Positions 16,567 to 26,408 of a DNA stretch of 41,343 bases are shown piece after piece; within the stretch, counting starts at the first letter, position 1; every line of letters starts with the position of its first letter. This DNA is from a virus. Under the pieces are notes generated by a model. It was not told the DNA's origin. It did not search any database and saw only the letters and a list, made by a program, of their open reading frames with translations. Both the position numbers and the translations under genes were made by a program. The DNA lies in IMG/VR virus record IMGVR_UViG_3300031110_000004. One strand, written 5' to 3'.

Positions 16567-18113
16567 GCGTGGTTGACGAGCTTGTCACGATCCTCGGCCT
16601 GAAGACCGACCCCAAGGCCGAATCAACCGCCTCCGGGTTCGGCAAGATCCTTGGGGGCGTCACCACGGCTGCAACGGCCGTGGGAGCTGCCCTTGTAGCT
16701 GCAGCTGGCGCAGTGGGTGCCTACGCAGTGCAGCAGGCCGCCGCGATAGATCAAACCGGGAAGATGGCCGATGCATTCGGCATTGGCTTCGAAGCATTCC
16801 AAGAGCTTGAGTTTGCCGCGCAGAAGTCAGGCGCCGAGGTCGAGGAGTTCCGCACCGACCTTGAGAACCTGTCGAAGACCCTGGACGACAACGACGCACT
16901 GAAAGAGCTTGGCGTGAACGCAAAGGACGCCGCCGGCAAGCTGCGCTCCACCGACGAGGTCCTGATGGACATCGCCGAGAAATTCGAAACGCTGAGCAAG
17001 GGCGAGCAGAACAAGTTCACCGATCAGCTCGGCCTCAGCCCAAGCGCCCTAAAGGTTCTCCAGCAGGGCGGCAAGGGCATCAGCCAGTTGCGCAGCGAGG
17101 CGCAGAAGCTCGGCCTGGTGCTGGATACCGCGGCGAAGGACAAGGCCGCACGCTTCCAGAGTTCCCTGCTCAACTCTCGCTCAGTGGTCGACGCCCTCGG
17201 CAAGTCGATATCTGTCGGCCTGCTGCCGGGGATGGCGGACGCTCTTGATGCATTCACCAACTGGGTAGGCGCAAACCGGCAGTTCATCTCAAGCGCCGTG
17301 ACTCAGGTCGTCGAGGGCGTCGGCCAGGGGTTCAAGATGTTCGGCGCGGCCATCGGCTATGTCTATGACCAGGTCATGAAGTTCATCGGCCCCATGGATG
17401 GACTGGTCGAGGGTCTTGACGCCACGCAGGCGATTGCCATCACCGTGGCTATTGCCCTCGGAGCACTTGCGGTGGCTGCAATCGCGGCCACCTGGCCATT
17501 CCTGCTGATGGCTGTGGCCATAGGCGCGATCATCATCGTTCTCGATGACCTCTACTCTGCCTTCACCGGGGGCGAGTCGATCATCGGCGGATGGGTCGAA
17601 AGCTTCATGGCAGCGTACCCGGCGATCACGGGGGGTATCGGGACGATTATTGACTGGGTCGGAAAGCTGATGTCGCTGGTCGGGGGTGGCCTGGTAGCAG
17701 CCTTTACAACAGCCGCCGGGATCGTCTCCGATGTGTTCATGGCCATCGTCGGCACCATCAAAAACGTAATGTCCGCGATTGAGGCCGTGATCTCTGGCGC
17801 TAACCCGTTCTCGGTCCTGTCCGACCTGTTCACCAAGCAGTTCGACGTGATCTTCGACCTTGCCAAGAACTACGCCGGAAAGATCGGCGACTTCTTCGGC
17901 GGCGTGTTCGGTAGCGCCCCGTCGTCTGCCCCAGTAGAGGCAGGCGTGGTCGCTGGTGCTGGCGGGTCAAGCAACCAGACCAACAACACCACGATCAACG
18001 TGAACGGGGCCGGCGACCCCGCTGCCGTAGGCAATGCCGTGGTGAGCAAGAGTGGTCTAGGATCGTCGCTGCAGCAGACCAGCCCGGGGCTTAGCGGCCC
18101 TGTCACGGCGTAG
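16563..18113 (+). CDS. Tail tape measure protein
   Basis: 516 aa. Alpha-helical N-part, hydrophobic Gly/Ala-rich central segment. Follows the chaperone pair. Confidence 0.82.
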   Translation: MSVVDELVTILGLKTDPKAESTASGFGKILGGVTTAATAVGAALVAAAGAVGAYAVQQAAAIDQTGKMADAFGIGFEAFQELEFAAQKSGAEVEEFRTDLENLSKTLDDNDALKELGVNAKDAAGKLRSTDEVLMDIAEKFETLSKGEQNKFTDQLGLSPSALKVLQQGGKGISQLRSEAQKLGLVLDTAAKDKAARFQSSLLNSRSVVDALGKSISVGLLPGMADALDAFTNWVGANRQFISSAVTQVVEGVGQGFKMFGAAIGYVYDQVMKFIGPMDGLVEGLDATQAIAITVAIALGALAVAAIAATWPFLLMAVAIGAIIIVLDDLYSAFTGGESIIGGWVESFMAAYPAITGGIGTIIDWVGKLMSLVGGGLVAAFTTAAGIVSDVFMAIVGTIKNVMSAIEAVISGANPFSVLSDLFTKQFDVIFDLAKNYAGKIGDFFGGVFGSAPSSAPVEAGVVAGAGGSSNQTNNTTINVNGAGDPAAVGNAVVSKSGLGSSLQQTSPGLSGPVTA

Positions 18114-18121
18114 GAGGGTTC

Positions 18122-18691
18122 ATGGCAGTAGCATTGTTCAGCGGGAACAACCTCCAGGTCATCACTGATGGCCCAGAGGTAGACCTCAAGACCGGCGAAT
18201 ACCACAACTTCAGTGCTTCGCCCACGAACTACACGATCGAGTCAGGAGCTACTGCGGCCGACCATATCGTCGAGAATCCAGACACCCTCGAGGTGTATTG
18301 GGTTATGAGCAACCTCGACCAGGACGGGCAGTCTTACGGCAACCGGGCGGCAACTCTCCTCGATTCGCTTCGAACAAAGATCAAGGAGCGGGGGCTGTAT
18401 GAGGTGGTAACGCGACACCGTACCTATCCATCGATGGCAATCACCGCCGTATCGGCCGAGCATACCGGGCCATTCACTGGCGCTCTCCGTGGGCGCATAG
18501 CATTCCAGGAGGTTCCGCAAGCCCTGCTCGAGCGAACAACGATCCCTGAAGCCAAGCTCAGCAAGCCGGTGAAGAAAACAGCCAGCACCCAAACAAACGC
18601 CGGGCGCGTAGAAGCGACCACGCCGACCACAGCAGACAAGAAGGCTGCCGGCGCATCCGGATCCGTGCTCAGCCAAATATTCACGAGGTAA
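18122..18691 (+). CDS. Tail/baseplate-associated hypothetical protein (189 aa)
   Basis: AGGAGGG RBS. Position directly after the tape measure. Confidence 0.65.
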   Translation: MAVALFSGNNLQVITDGPEVDLKTGEYHNFSASPTNYTIESGATAADHIVENPDTLEVYWVMSNLDQDGQSYGNRAATLLDSLRTKIKERGLYEVVTRHRTYPSMAITAVSAEHTGPFTGALRGRIAFQEVPQALLERTTIPEAKLSKPVKKTASTQTNAGRVEATTPTTADKKAAGASGSVLSQIFTR

Positions 18692-18694
18692 ACC

Positions 18695-19171
18695 ATGGCT
18701 TTGATACTCCCCGTTAACAGCACAGGCGATAGGCGCATTCAGGTGCTCCTGGGCAACAACCTGCTATCCATCAGGACCTACTGGAACCCAACAGTTCCAG
18801 CCTGGTACATGGACATTTTCGGGCCTAATGGCCTGCCAATTGCAGAAGGGCTGGCGCTTGTGCCGGTCATCAACGTTTTAGCCGCCCAGCCGAACCTGAC
18901 CAGGGTATTCGGACAGTTCAGGGTATTCACCCTGGACGGCGGAGAAAACAACACAGAAGACTCGCTTGGTAGAACAGCCAAGCTCTGGTGGTTTTCCCCG
19001 GGCGAGTGGGAAGCCAACGAGATAGAATCCCAGTTCCTTACTGAGCTGCCGTTTGATGTCAGGGCCATGTACACGCAACCGCCTCCAGGGCCTCCCCTGC
19101 TGGTACTGGACGGTTCATGGATGCTTGATGGGACCTATTACCTAAACGGCCAAAAAGTAGAAGCGGAGTGA
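18695..19171 (+). CDS. Tail/baseplate-associated hypothetical protein (158 aa)
   Basis: Compact spacing within the tail module. Confidence 0.6.
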   Translation: MALILPVNSTGDRRIQVLLGNNLLSIRTYWNPTVPAWYMDIFGPNGLPIAEGLALVPVINVLAAQPNLTRVFGQFRVFTLDGGENNTEDSLGRTAKLWWFSPGEWEANEIESQFLTELPFDVRAMYTQPPPGPPLLVLDGSWMLDGTYYLNGQKVEAE

Positions 19172-19173
19172 TC

Positions 19174-21276
19174 ATGACAGAACTGAATCCAACACCAGCA
19201 CTGACCCCAGTTCCCCAGCTTGAGACAAATACTCTGGCGCTTGGCGGAACAGGGAATCCTATGAACCAGCAAGCCCAGGCGCTCCTGAACAGGACCGAGT
19301 ACATCCGAGATGAGGTTTCTGGCCTCTCTGATAGCCTGCAAAACGTAAATGACATTCTTGATCCACTTGCAGAAAGGTCAGGTGTCGCGAATGAATTCGC
19401 ATGGGGTAACGTCAAGCAAAACGAAGAGGATTATGCATCCCTTGGCGCTAACCTCGGGCCTGATATGGGAACCATTGCCCGTGTTAATTTCGATTCTGCA
19501 GGAGTCCATGGGGCCGGCACAGTAGCGACGATGACAGGGCCTGTCCCGGGCCCAGATTTGTTCGGGCACTACCTGGTTGAGATGCGCATAAAAACCACGG
19601 CGCGAGGAAGCGTAAACATAAAGCTCGATGGGATTTCCCTGTGGCCAGATCACCCGAATGGCTACCCTTTCGTGGTGGGCGGGGTCACTACGAACGGCAC
19701 TGAGAACAACCGCCCAATTGATGACGAGACCTATCAATTCGTTTATTTCACCTCGGGCACGAATTTCAGCGAAATCGTGGTATCCACCGATACCTCCTGG
19801 GCAGGGCAGCTGTATTACGTGAAGGTTTTCCCGGTTGTGCGGCCCACGAAGTTTTCAGTTGCGGGCATGGCTTCCGGCGCCAATGGCCAACACGCTCCGG
19901 CCGGAATTAAGACCGGCGGCTATTTGAGCAATGACCTTGCCCTGGGAGACCCAAGGACTCTCGGCGTCAAAATGAATGACGGCAACCCTTTGCCGGGGGC
20001 GCATAACCTGGCTGAGGGGGCTAACGTTCTTGCTAGCTGCCTATTCGGCGATCAGAACCGGGGATCCGGCCCATACTCCCTAATGTTCAACAACACCAGC
20101 AGCAACGATGCCAGCGGCTACTCCGCTCTTAAAATGAACACCAAGGGGCGCGAAAACACAGCCAACGGCTACAAGTCTCTCACGTCGAATACTGTAGGCA
20201 GCAGACTGACCGCGTCTGGCTTCCACTCCCTGTGGCTGCACATCGCTGGCGACTATTGTTCGGCAAGTGGCTGGTGCGCGGGGCAGAATGATATTTATGG
20301 TTCGGCCAACTCCTACTGGGGGGCCAACACTGGAGCCATGAATTCAGGCGGCACAAACTGCACCTACACTGGCGCATTTGCTGGATACGGCACGGGTGTT
20401 GCTGTCGCCGACTATGACAATGTCACCTGTACTGGCGCTGAATCCTGGGTGTATGGAGACGGCGGCACCGCTACCGGCGTGCAGGCTCGCGTTGGAACTG
20501 CAGGTTCACCAGTTTCGAACGGCACGGCCAACGGGTACCAGTCACAAGTCCTTTCCGACCTTGGGACGGCCACCGGCTACATGGCGTTGGCCCAAGGTGT
20601 GCGTAGCACTGCGAACGGTGAGGAAGCCAAAGCTGTTGGGCAGCAGAGCGTTGCAAATGGCGCTCTGGCGGAGGCCAACGGCGATTACACCATATCCAGC
20701 GGCGCCCAGGCAGGTGTTGGCAACACCGGGACTAGAAACGCCTTCTTTGGGCCTGGCGCTGGCGCGATGTCGAATAACTATTCGAACGTTACCTGTCTTG
20801 GCAGCTTTTCGGTTGCAACCGGCAGTGACCAGATTCAGCTTGGGGACTCGGCAACCACGACTTATGTATACGGTACGGTACAAAACCGTTCAGATGCACG
20901 TGATAAAGCCGATGTGCAAGAAACAGAGCTCGGTATTGAATTCATACTTGGACTTCGAGCGAAACAAGGTCGTTGGGATATTCGGGAAGACTACCGCGAG
21001 ATAGACGAAGAAGGTAACGTCACCCTGATCGAGAAGGACGGAAGCCGCAAACGAACTCGTATGCATCAGTGGTTCATTGCTCAGGAAGTAGCTGAGTTGT
21101 GCGAAAGGCTTGGCGTTGATTTCGGTGGCTTGCAACACCACGCCATTAACGGCGGTGAAGACGTCTTCTCGCTGGGTTATGACGAATTCATCCCGCCGAC
21201 GATAAAGGCTGTTCAGCAGTGCTGGGAAAGGCTTGATGCGATTGAAGCAAGGCTTTCTGCGTTAGAGGTCAAGTGA
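19174..21276 (+). CDS. Tail fibre/spike with C-terminal S74-type intramolecular chaperone domain
   Basis: About 700 aa from ATG 19174 behind GGAG (the track start 19168 is GTG). Repetitive Gly/Asn/Ser-rich beta-helix-like body. C-terminal ...SDARDKADVQETELGIEFILGLRAKQ... plus a terminal coiled coil resembles the Peptidase_S74 auto-chaperone. Confidence 0.75.
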   Translation: MTELNPTPALTPVPQLETNTLALGGTGNPMNQQAQALLNRTEYIRDEVSGLSDSLQNVNDILDPLAERSGVANEFAWGNVKQNEEDYASLGANLGPDMGTIARVNFDSAGVHGAGTVATMTGPVPGPDLFGHYLVEMRIKTTARGSVNIKLDGISLWPDHPNGYPFVVGGVTTNGTENNRPIDDETYQFVYFTSGTNFSEIVVSTDTSWAGQLYYVKVFPVVRPTKFSVAGMASGANGQHAPAGIKTGGYLSNDLALGDPRTLGVKMNDGNPLPGAHNLAEGANVLASCLFGDQNRGSGPYSLMFNNTSSNDASGYSALKMNTKGRENTANGYKSLTSNTVGSRLTASGFHSLWLHIAGDYCSASGWCAGQNDIYGSANSYWGANTGAMNSGGTNCTYTGAFAGYGTGVAVADYDNVTCTGAESWVYGDGGTATGVQARVGTAGSPVSNGTANGYQSQVLSDLGTATGYMALAQGVRSTANGEEAKAVGQQSVANGALAEANGDYTISSGAQAGVGNTGTRNAFFGPGAGAMSNNYSNVTCLGSFSVATGSDQIQLGDSATTTYVYGTVQNRSDARDKADVQETELGIEFILGLRAKQGRWDIREDYREIDEEGNVTLIEKDGSRKRTRMHQWFIAQEVAELCERLGVDFGGLQHHAINGGEDVFSLGYDEFIPPTIKAVQQCWERLDAIEARLSALEVK

Positions 21277-22148
21277 TGGACTTTCTACGCTACTGCGAGC
21301 TGATTGTTGGCCCCCTTGCCGAATGGCAGGGGGGGGGCTCGACAAGCGAGGCCATTCGCATCATCGCTGATGGTTCAAGTCGCGGCCTGCGCGTTGTCTT
21401 TAACGCCAACAAAACCGTAACTGGCGACCCGAACAAGATCGACATTGCGATCTGGGGCCTGTCCCAGAAGACCATGCAGTCAATCAGAGGCAACCTAACC
21501 AAGATCCAGCTCTTGGCCGGCTACTCATCTTCAGCGGACAGCGCAGGGATTGTGGCGTCTGGCTCGATACTGTCGGCCATACCAGAGCGCCAGGGCGCAG
21601 ATGTCGTGCTGAAGATCACTGCTCTCGACGGATATGGCGGCATGGTGCGCGGCGCCTACACGAGGGCATTCTCTGGTGGCACCCCTATCGCTTCGGTGGT
21701 TCGGGACATCGCTTCGTCTATGCCTGGTGTGACCGTGGGTGACATCCAAGTTGACGGGAACCTGTTCCAGAAGGGCCAGCAATTCAGCGGATCAAGTACC
21801 GAACAACTCAACAAGCTAGGCGACCAGTACGGGTTCAGCTGGTCCGTACAGGATGGAGTTATCCAGGCAGTCATGGACCAAAAAGATACAGGCCGTGAAT
21901 TCTTCTTCACCTCCGAGCGAAACCTGATCAGCGCAGTTCCGCTTCTGAATGGTCCGACAGCAGAAAACGTCGGTGTCGAGATCGTGGCAAAGTTCGATGC
22001 CCGCATGAAGCCAGGCGATAGGATGACCATCGACAGCCTGATCAATCCGGCGCTCAATGGGAGCTACAAGTCAACGTCTGTTAACCTTGCATTCGACAGC
22101 CACGGCCAGGCAACGCTGAAGGCCCAATCACTCAAGGTGACCTCATGA
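21276..22148 (+). CDS. Baseplate hub-like protein
   Basis: About 290 aa (ATG 21276, alternative GTG 21273). Sits upstream of the spike, W, J and I genes. Contains a G9 tract at 21329-21337. Confidence 0.6.
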   Translation: MDFLRYCELIVGPLAEWQGGGSTSEAIRIIADGSSRGLRVVFNANKTVTGDPNKIDIAIWGLSQKTMQSIRGNLTKIQLLAGYSSSADSAGIVASGSILSAIPERQGADVVLKITALDGYGGMVRGAYTRAFSGGTPIASVVRDIASSMPGVTVGDIQVDGNLFQKGQQFSGSSTEQLNKLGDQYGFSWSVQDGVIQAVMDQKDTGREFFFTSERNLISAVPLLNGPTAENVGVEIVAKFDARMKPGDRMTIDSLINPALNGSYKSTSVNLAFDSHGQATLKAQSLKVTS

Positions 22149-22816
22149 CAATGATGACAGTGGATACGCCCGAGGCAGAATCGCTCAGGGTTGCGATTGA
22201 CCGCGAGCTATTGAAGAAGGACGGAGCCAGTCCTGCAGTCCTGACCAATGTGTCGGCATCCGGGGCAACGGTTGATGCACAGCCAGCTATCAGTAAGACA
22301 CAGCGCCTTGAAGGCGTGACGGCAGAAATCCCGCGCTCCGAGGTCCGTGGCGCCCCAGTCATGATGTATGGGTCAACCCAGAAAGGCCTGTTCATCTGTC
22401 CGCCGATGACCGCCGGTGATGATGGCGTGCTGTTCCCGATGATGCGCGCTATCGACAACTGGCAGCATGGGGAGGGCGTAGGCCCACCGCCAGACATGCA
22501 GACCCCCAGACAAAGCGATCTTGGCGACTCGGTCTATTACCCTGGCGTGCTCCGCGAGTCAGTCCAAATAGCCAATTATCCGACTGAGGCAATCACCATT
22601 CAGGATGCCGAGGCCTCTACTGTGCTCAGCATCAAGGCTGGCGAGATCAAACTGACGGTTGGTGCCATGACGGTCACCTTGGATGCGACAGGGCTGCATA
22701 TCAACGCTCCGGTCGACATCAATGGCTTGCTTGCCCTTACTGGCAATCTTGGCCAGGTTGGCAACCAGATCATCAACGGCACCGTCACCGCCAACCAATT
22801 CATCACGGTGCCCTGA
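22145..22816 (+). CDS. Baseplate central spike (gpV / Mu gp45-like)
   Basis: 223 aa. OB-fold-like N-part and a C-terminal beta-helical ...LTVGAMTVTLDATGLHINAPVDINGLLALTGNL... segment. Confidence 0.68.
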   Translation: MTMMTVDTPEAESLRVAIDRELLKKDGASPAVLTNVSASGATVDAQPAISKTQRLEGVTAEIPRSEVRGAPVMMYGSTQKGLFICPPMTAGDDGVLFPMMRAIDNWQHGEGVGPPPDMQTPRQSDLGDSVYYPGVLRESVQIANYPTEAITIQDAEASTVLSIKAGEIKLTVGAMTVTLDATGLHINAPVDINGLLALTGNLGQVGNQIINGTVTANQFITVP

Positions 22817-22817
22817 T

Positions 22818-23198
22818 ATGGCCTTCTCATTCCTCCTCCGGCGCGATGGACTTGGCCAGCCGGACTATCAGATCAAGGACGGTCGAATCGTTCTCTCGAC
22901 CGGCGCCGATGCTGCCCGCGATCGAATCTTCACCGCGCTGAGCATTAACCGTGGCGAGTGGTTCCTTGACGCTGACAAAGGCATCCCGTACTTGGGCGCA
23001 GATGGAATCCTTGGCGGCAAGAAGACCGAGGCCGAAGTCGGCGCAATCATCCGTCGCGAGATTCTGAATGTTGACGAGGTCGACCGGATCGTGTCTCTCG
23101 ACATCTCCCAGGACAGTTTCAGGCGCGTATCTGTCGATGGCGAGGCTCGCCTAAAATTGGCAGACGGCACCAGCGAAACAACTACTTTCGAGGTTTAA
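22818..23198 (+). CDS. Baseplate wedge protein (gpW / gp25-like)
   Basis: 126 aa from ATG 22818. Position between the spike and J-like genes. Confidence 0.6.
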   Translation: MAFSFLLRRDGLGQPDYQIKDGRIVLSTGADAARDRIFTALSINRGEWFLDADKGIPYLGADGILGGKKTEAEVGAIIRREILNVDEVDRIVSLDISQDSFRRVSVDGEARLKLADGTSETTTFEV

Positions 23199-23201
23199 CC
23201 A

Positions 23202-24422
23202 ATGGCCGGCGTATCATCGACGGGATTTGAAGCCAAGCGATTGGCCGATGTGAATAGTGATGCCCAGGAAAATCTGCGCACCATCGTAGACCCAGTGAGT
23301 GGCGAATCACTGCAGGCTGACTTCGAAGCTGACGACCCGGCCATGCAGGTTGTTCAGGTTCCCCTTGAAGGCGTAGGCCTTGGGTGGGAGGCCATGCAGC
23401 TCGTCTACCAGCAGTTTGACCCGAACATGGCGACCGGCCCATCGCAGAGCGCCTTGGTCCAGCTGAACGGTATCACGCGGCTTGATGAGGCAAACTCAAC
23501 CGCAACCGTAGACTTGGTAGGAACCCCGCTCGCCGTAATCCCCTCCGGGCAGTTGGTGTCCGATCAGAACAACATCAACCAGTGGGCGACTCTGTCCGAT
23601 GTAACGCTGGATGTTGGCGGCCTTGGTTCGATCAGCGTTCAGTGCACAGTATCTGGGCCAGTCAGCGCGCCAGCTGGAACGATCAACAGGATCGTAACGC
23701 CATACCCTGGCCTGATCTCCGTCAGTAACCCAGCAGATGCCCAAGTCGGCCGCAACATCGAGACGGATACAGAGCTTCGTCAGCGCCGTAATCGCTCCAC
23801 CATGGCGCCTGCTGCGAGCCCTGTCGAGTCTGTGTATGCAAACCTTGCCAACCTTCCGGGCGTCACCTATGCACGAGTCAGGCAGAACAACACCCTTGTT
23901 ACTGACAGCAATGGCATACCGGGTAAATCCGTCGCAGCCGTCGTAGTTGGCGGTCTCGACGAGGACATTGCCTATACGCTGCTGGCGCGCACCGGCATAG
24001 CCTCGGCATGGTTTGGCAATACGTCCCTGACGCTATTCGATGCACAGGATGAGGCCTATGTCGTTAGCTGGACTCGGCCAACTCCGCTTCCGATCTACAT
24101 CGAGCTCCAGCTTGAGATCGTCAATCCGAAAATTTTCCCAGCTGATGGCTTACAGCAAATCAGGGACGCGATCATTGCCTATGCCCAGAGCGGAGCGTCT
24201 GCCCTCGGCATTGATGACGGCTTCTCTGAGACTGGATTTCCCCCAGGAGCCACCGTTCTCTGGTCCCGGCTGTTCACGCCAATAAACTACGTTCCCGGAC
24301 ACCGGGTTGTTCACCTCTACATCGGGACATCACCTTCCCCATCGACCGAGGATGACATCCCTACCCCTTGGAACCAGTACCCGCTGTTCCTTGATGACAA
24401 CATCGATATCACGGTGATCTGA
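23202..24422 (+). CDS. Baseplate J-like protein
   Basis: 406 aa. Size, order and sequence flavour match the gpJ / Mu gp47 family. Confidence 0.75.
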   Translation: MAGVSSTGFEAKRLADVNSDAQENLRTIVDPVSGESLQADFEADDPAMQVVQVPLEGVGLGWEAMQLVYQQFDPNMATGPSQSALVQLNGITRLDEANSTATVDLVGTPLAVIPSGQLVSDQNNINQWATLSDVTLDVGGLGSISVQCTVSGPVSAPAGTINRIVTPYPGLISVSNPADAQVGRNIETDTELRQRRNRSTMAPAASPVESVYANLANLPGVTYARVRQNNTLVTDSNGIPGKSVAAVVVGGLDEDIAYTLLARTGIASAWFGNTSLTLFDAQDEAYVVSWTRPTPLPIYIELQLEIVNPKIFPADGLQQIRDAIIAYAQSGASALGIDDGFSETGFPPGATVLWSRLFTPINYVPGHRVVHLYIGTSPSPSTEDDIPTPWNQYPLFLDDNIDITVI

Positions 24423-25129
24423 TGGCCAGCGAATTCGATATCTACCGGCAGGATCTCCAGGCCCTGGCCTGCGTTAGAACGCTGGAGGTCTTTTCCCGTG
24501 ATGTTGTTTTGCGCGGCATGCAGACCAGCATCATCAATCAGACCCAGGAGCTTCACAATTCGATCATCGACTCCCTGCCGGCAAGAACTCTAGATCTGGC
24601 TGTCGGCGCTAACTTGGATGTCATAGGCAGGATCGTTGGTCTTTTCCCCAGGCCGCTAACTGACGCCGGGGCAATCACTTATTTCTCTCCAGACCTACCG
24701 CTCGCTGCCCCTGACTGGTCTCCGGTGTATGTGGTCGGCGCCCCACTGGCCGGCCAGGTCCAGATTGGAGATGCTGAATACCGAATAGCCATCCGCGCAA
24801 AGATCGCCAAGAACCACACCAAGTACGGGAGCGCACCAGAAATCCAATATTTCGCTCTGCTTGCCTACGGGGTAACGCTTAGCGTGAAAAATATCGGTCT
24901 TGGTGACCTTGAGGTCATTTTCTCTGCGAGCACGCCTCCTTCGATCATTCGGGCGGCGCTTGATGATTTCTCAGACGATACTGCAGACCATCAGTTCAAC
25001 TTGCCTCTTCCTACGACCAGCAGGATCAGGCGTGTATCATTCCGCTACCCGGACGCATTCGCGCCGGACCTTGATAATGGCGCGCCAGATGTGGCGCTCG
25101 TAGGAGTTGGCTATGTCCTCAACGCGTGA
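24422..25129 (+). CDS. Baseplate/tail protein I-like (DUF2612-like)
   Basis: 235 aa, directly after the J-like gene (TGATG junction). Confidence 0.62.
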   Translation: MASEFDIYRQDLQALACVRTLEVFSRDVVLRGMQTSIINQTQELHNSIIDSLPARTLDLAVGANLDVIGRIVGLFPRPLTDAGAITYFSPDLPLAAPDWSPVYVVGAPLAGQVQIGDAEYRIAIRAKIAKNHTKYGSAPEIQYFALLAYGVTLSVKNIGLGDLEVIFSASTPPSIIRAALDDFSDDTADHQFNLPLPTTSRIRRVSFRYPDAFAPDLDNGAPDVALVGVGYVLNA

Positions 25130-25994
25130 TTTCAAATCCCCTGGGATATTTGCAGAAGACGCAACAACCGTAATACCCCCAACACCAATTGCTGGTGTAG
25201 CTTACCGAAACGCCGCTTCCGGGGCTAACGATACCCCAAATGGATGGCGATACGGAACCAGAGTTGAGTCCCAAGACTGGAACCAGATCATGTTCCTTTT
25301 GACATCGATGCTTTCGACTCTGGACAAACAGGGCATCCTGGGCTGGTCAAACCTTGTTGACTACACGGTGCCTGCATTAAGTTTTGGCAGTAATGGCTTG
25401 TTGTACATCGCAACACAACCAAGCGGCCCTAGCACTTCTGTGCAAGATCCAACAACAGCTCCCACTCATTGGGAGCAATTTGCATCTAACGGATTTGTGG
25501 TTTTTTCTACGCCTGGCGTGTTTACCTGGACCGTTCCGAAATCATTGCAGCTTGGATATGGTCGACCAAAAGTAACCGTGATTGGCGGGGGCGGCGGAAA
25601 TCAAGGTGGTAGCGGCGGGACTTCGTCTTTTGGGGGGTTCTGTCAAGCGACTGGTGGTCAGCCATCATCCGGAACGGTTGCAGGTGGAGGCGGCGTAGCA
25701 ACTGGAGGTGATATCAACATCCCGGGGGGGAATGGCGGTTCATCCAACCCAGGCTCCAGGAGTTCTGGAGGAGGATCATTCTTTGGGGTTTCTGGCGAAG
25801 GCAGAAGCAATACTGGCATCTATGGATGCGGGGATAGTGGGGATATAGGCCAGGCTGGAGCGGCTGCGGGAGGAACCGCAATCAAACAGGTAGACCTAAC
25901 GGGCGTTACAAGTGTGTCGGTGACCGTCGGCGCTCCTGGAGTAAGCGGCGGGCAGCCAGCTCCAGGTGGCGGAATCGTAATAATTGAATGGTGA
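25113..25994 (+). CDS. Short tail fibre with C-terminal glycine-rich domain
   Basis: 293 aa from ATG 25113 behind GGAG. The C-terminal 120 aa are dominated by GGG/GGxG runs. Followed by a terminator. Confidence 0.72.
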   Translation: MSSTRDFKSPGIFAEDATTVIPPTPIAGVAYRNAASGANDTPNGWRYGTRVESQDWNQIMFLLTSMLSTLDKQGILGWSNLVDYTVPALSFGSNGLLYIATQPSGPSTSVQDPTTAPTHWEQFASNGFVVFSTPGVFTWTVPKSLQLGYGRPKVTVIGGGGGNQGGSGGTSSFGGFCQATGGQPSSGTVAGGGGVATGGDINIPGGNGGSSNPGSRSSGGGSFFGVSGEGRSNTGIYGCGDSGDIGQAGAAAGGTAIKQVDLTGVTSVSVTVGAPGVSGGQPAPGGGIVIIEW

Positions 25995-25998
25995 CCGC

Positions 25999-26021
25999 GG
26001 CCTCTTCGGAGGCCTTTTCTT
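25999..26021 (+). terminator. Intrinsic terminator after the fibre gene
   Basis: GGCCTC-TTCG-GAGGCC followed by TTTTCTT. Confidence 0.78.
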
Positions 26022-26042
26022 ATTCCCTGGGGAGGGGCAAGG

Positions 26043-26408
26043 ATGGATGGTATGGAAGAGCTGAAAAACTGGGCAATGGGCCTTGTGTTTGGTCCGGCAA
26101 TGGGCCTACTGCTCTGGTACTTCAAGCGTGCAAATGATCGATCAGACAAGCGCCTGGATGACATCGAGCAGGATATCGAACGGACCCGTGACGATGTGTC
26201 CAAGAAGCTCGACCGGGAGGAGCTGCGCCCGGTATGGGAGAAGATCGGCCTGCAGGACAATGACATCAAGAACCTGGCCGCCGTCTTCTCGCAGGAGCTG
26301 CGCGGGCAGATCGACAACCTGCGCAAGGAGTCGAACGACCACCAGCGCCAGACTAACGACCGTCTTGACCGCTTGTTCATTGCGGTTACCTCGAAGGGTA
26401 AGGACTGA
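26043..26408 (+). CDS. Putative holin-like membrane protein (one N-terminal TM helix plus coiled coil)
   Basis: 121 aa. WAMGLVFGPAMGLLLWYF is hydrophobic and the rest is a charged coiled coil. Immediately upstream of the endolysin (TGATG junction). Confidence 0.45.
   Translation: MDGMEELKNWAMGLVFGPAMGLLLWYFKRANDRSDKRLDDIEQDIERTRDDVSKKLDREELRPVWEKIGLQDNDIKNLAAVFSQELRGQIDNLRKESNDHQRQTNDRLDRLFIAVTSKGKD

Noticed and set aside
20378-21004. 208-aa same-strand alternative-frame ORF inside the fibre gene.
   Set aside because: No SD or start context, and a Pro/Arg/Ala-rich featureless translation. I kept it as a control showing that long same-strand shadows do occur here. ORF length alone therefore cannot validate frame B of the methylase locus.
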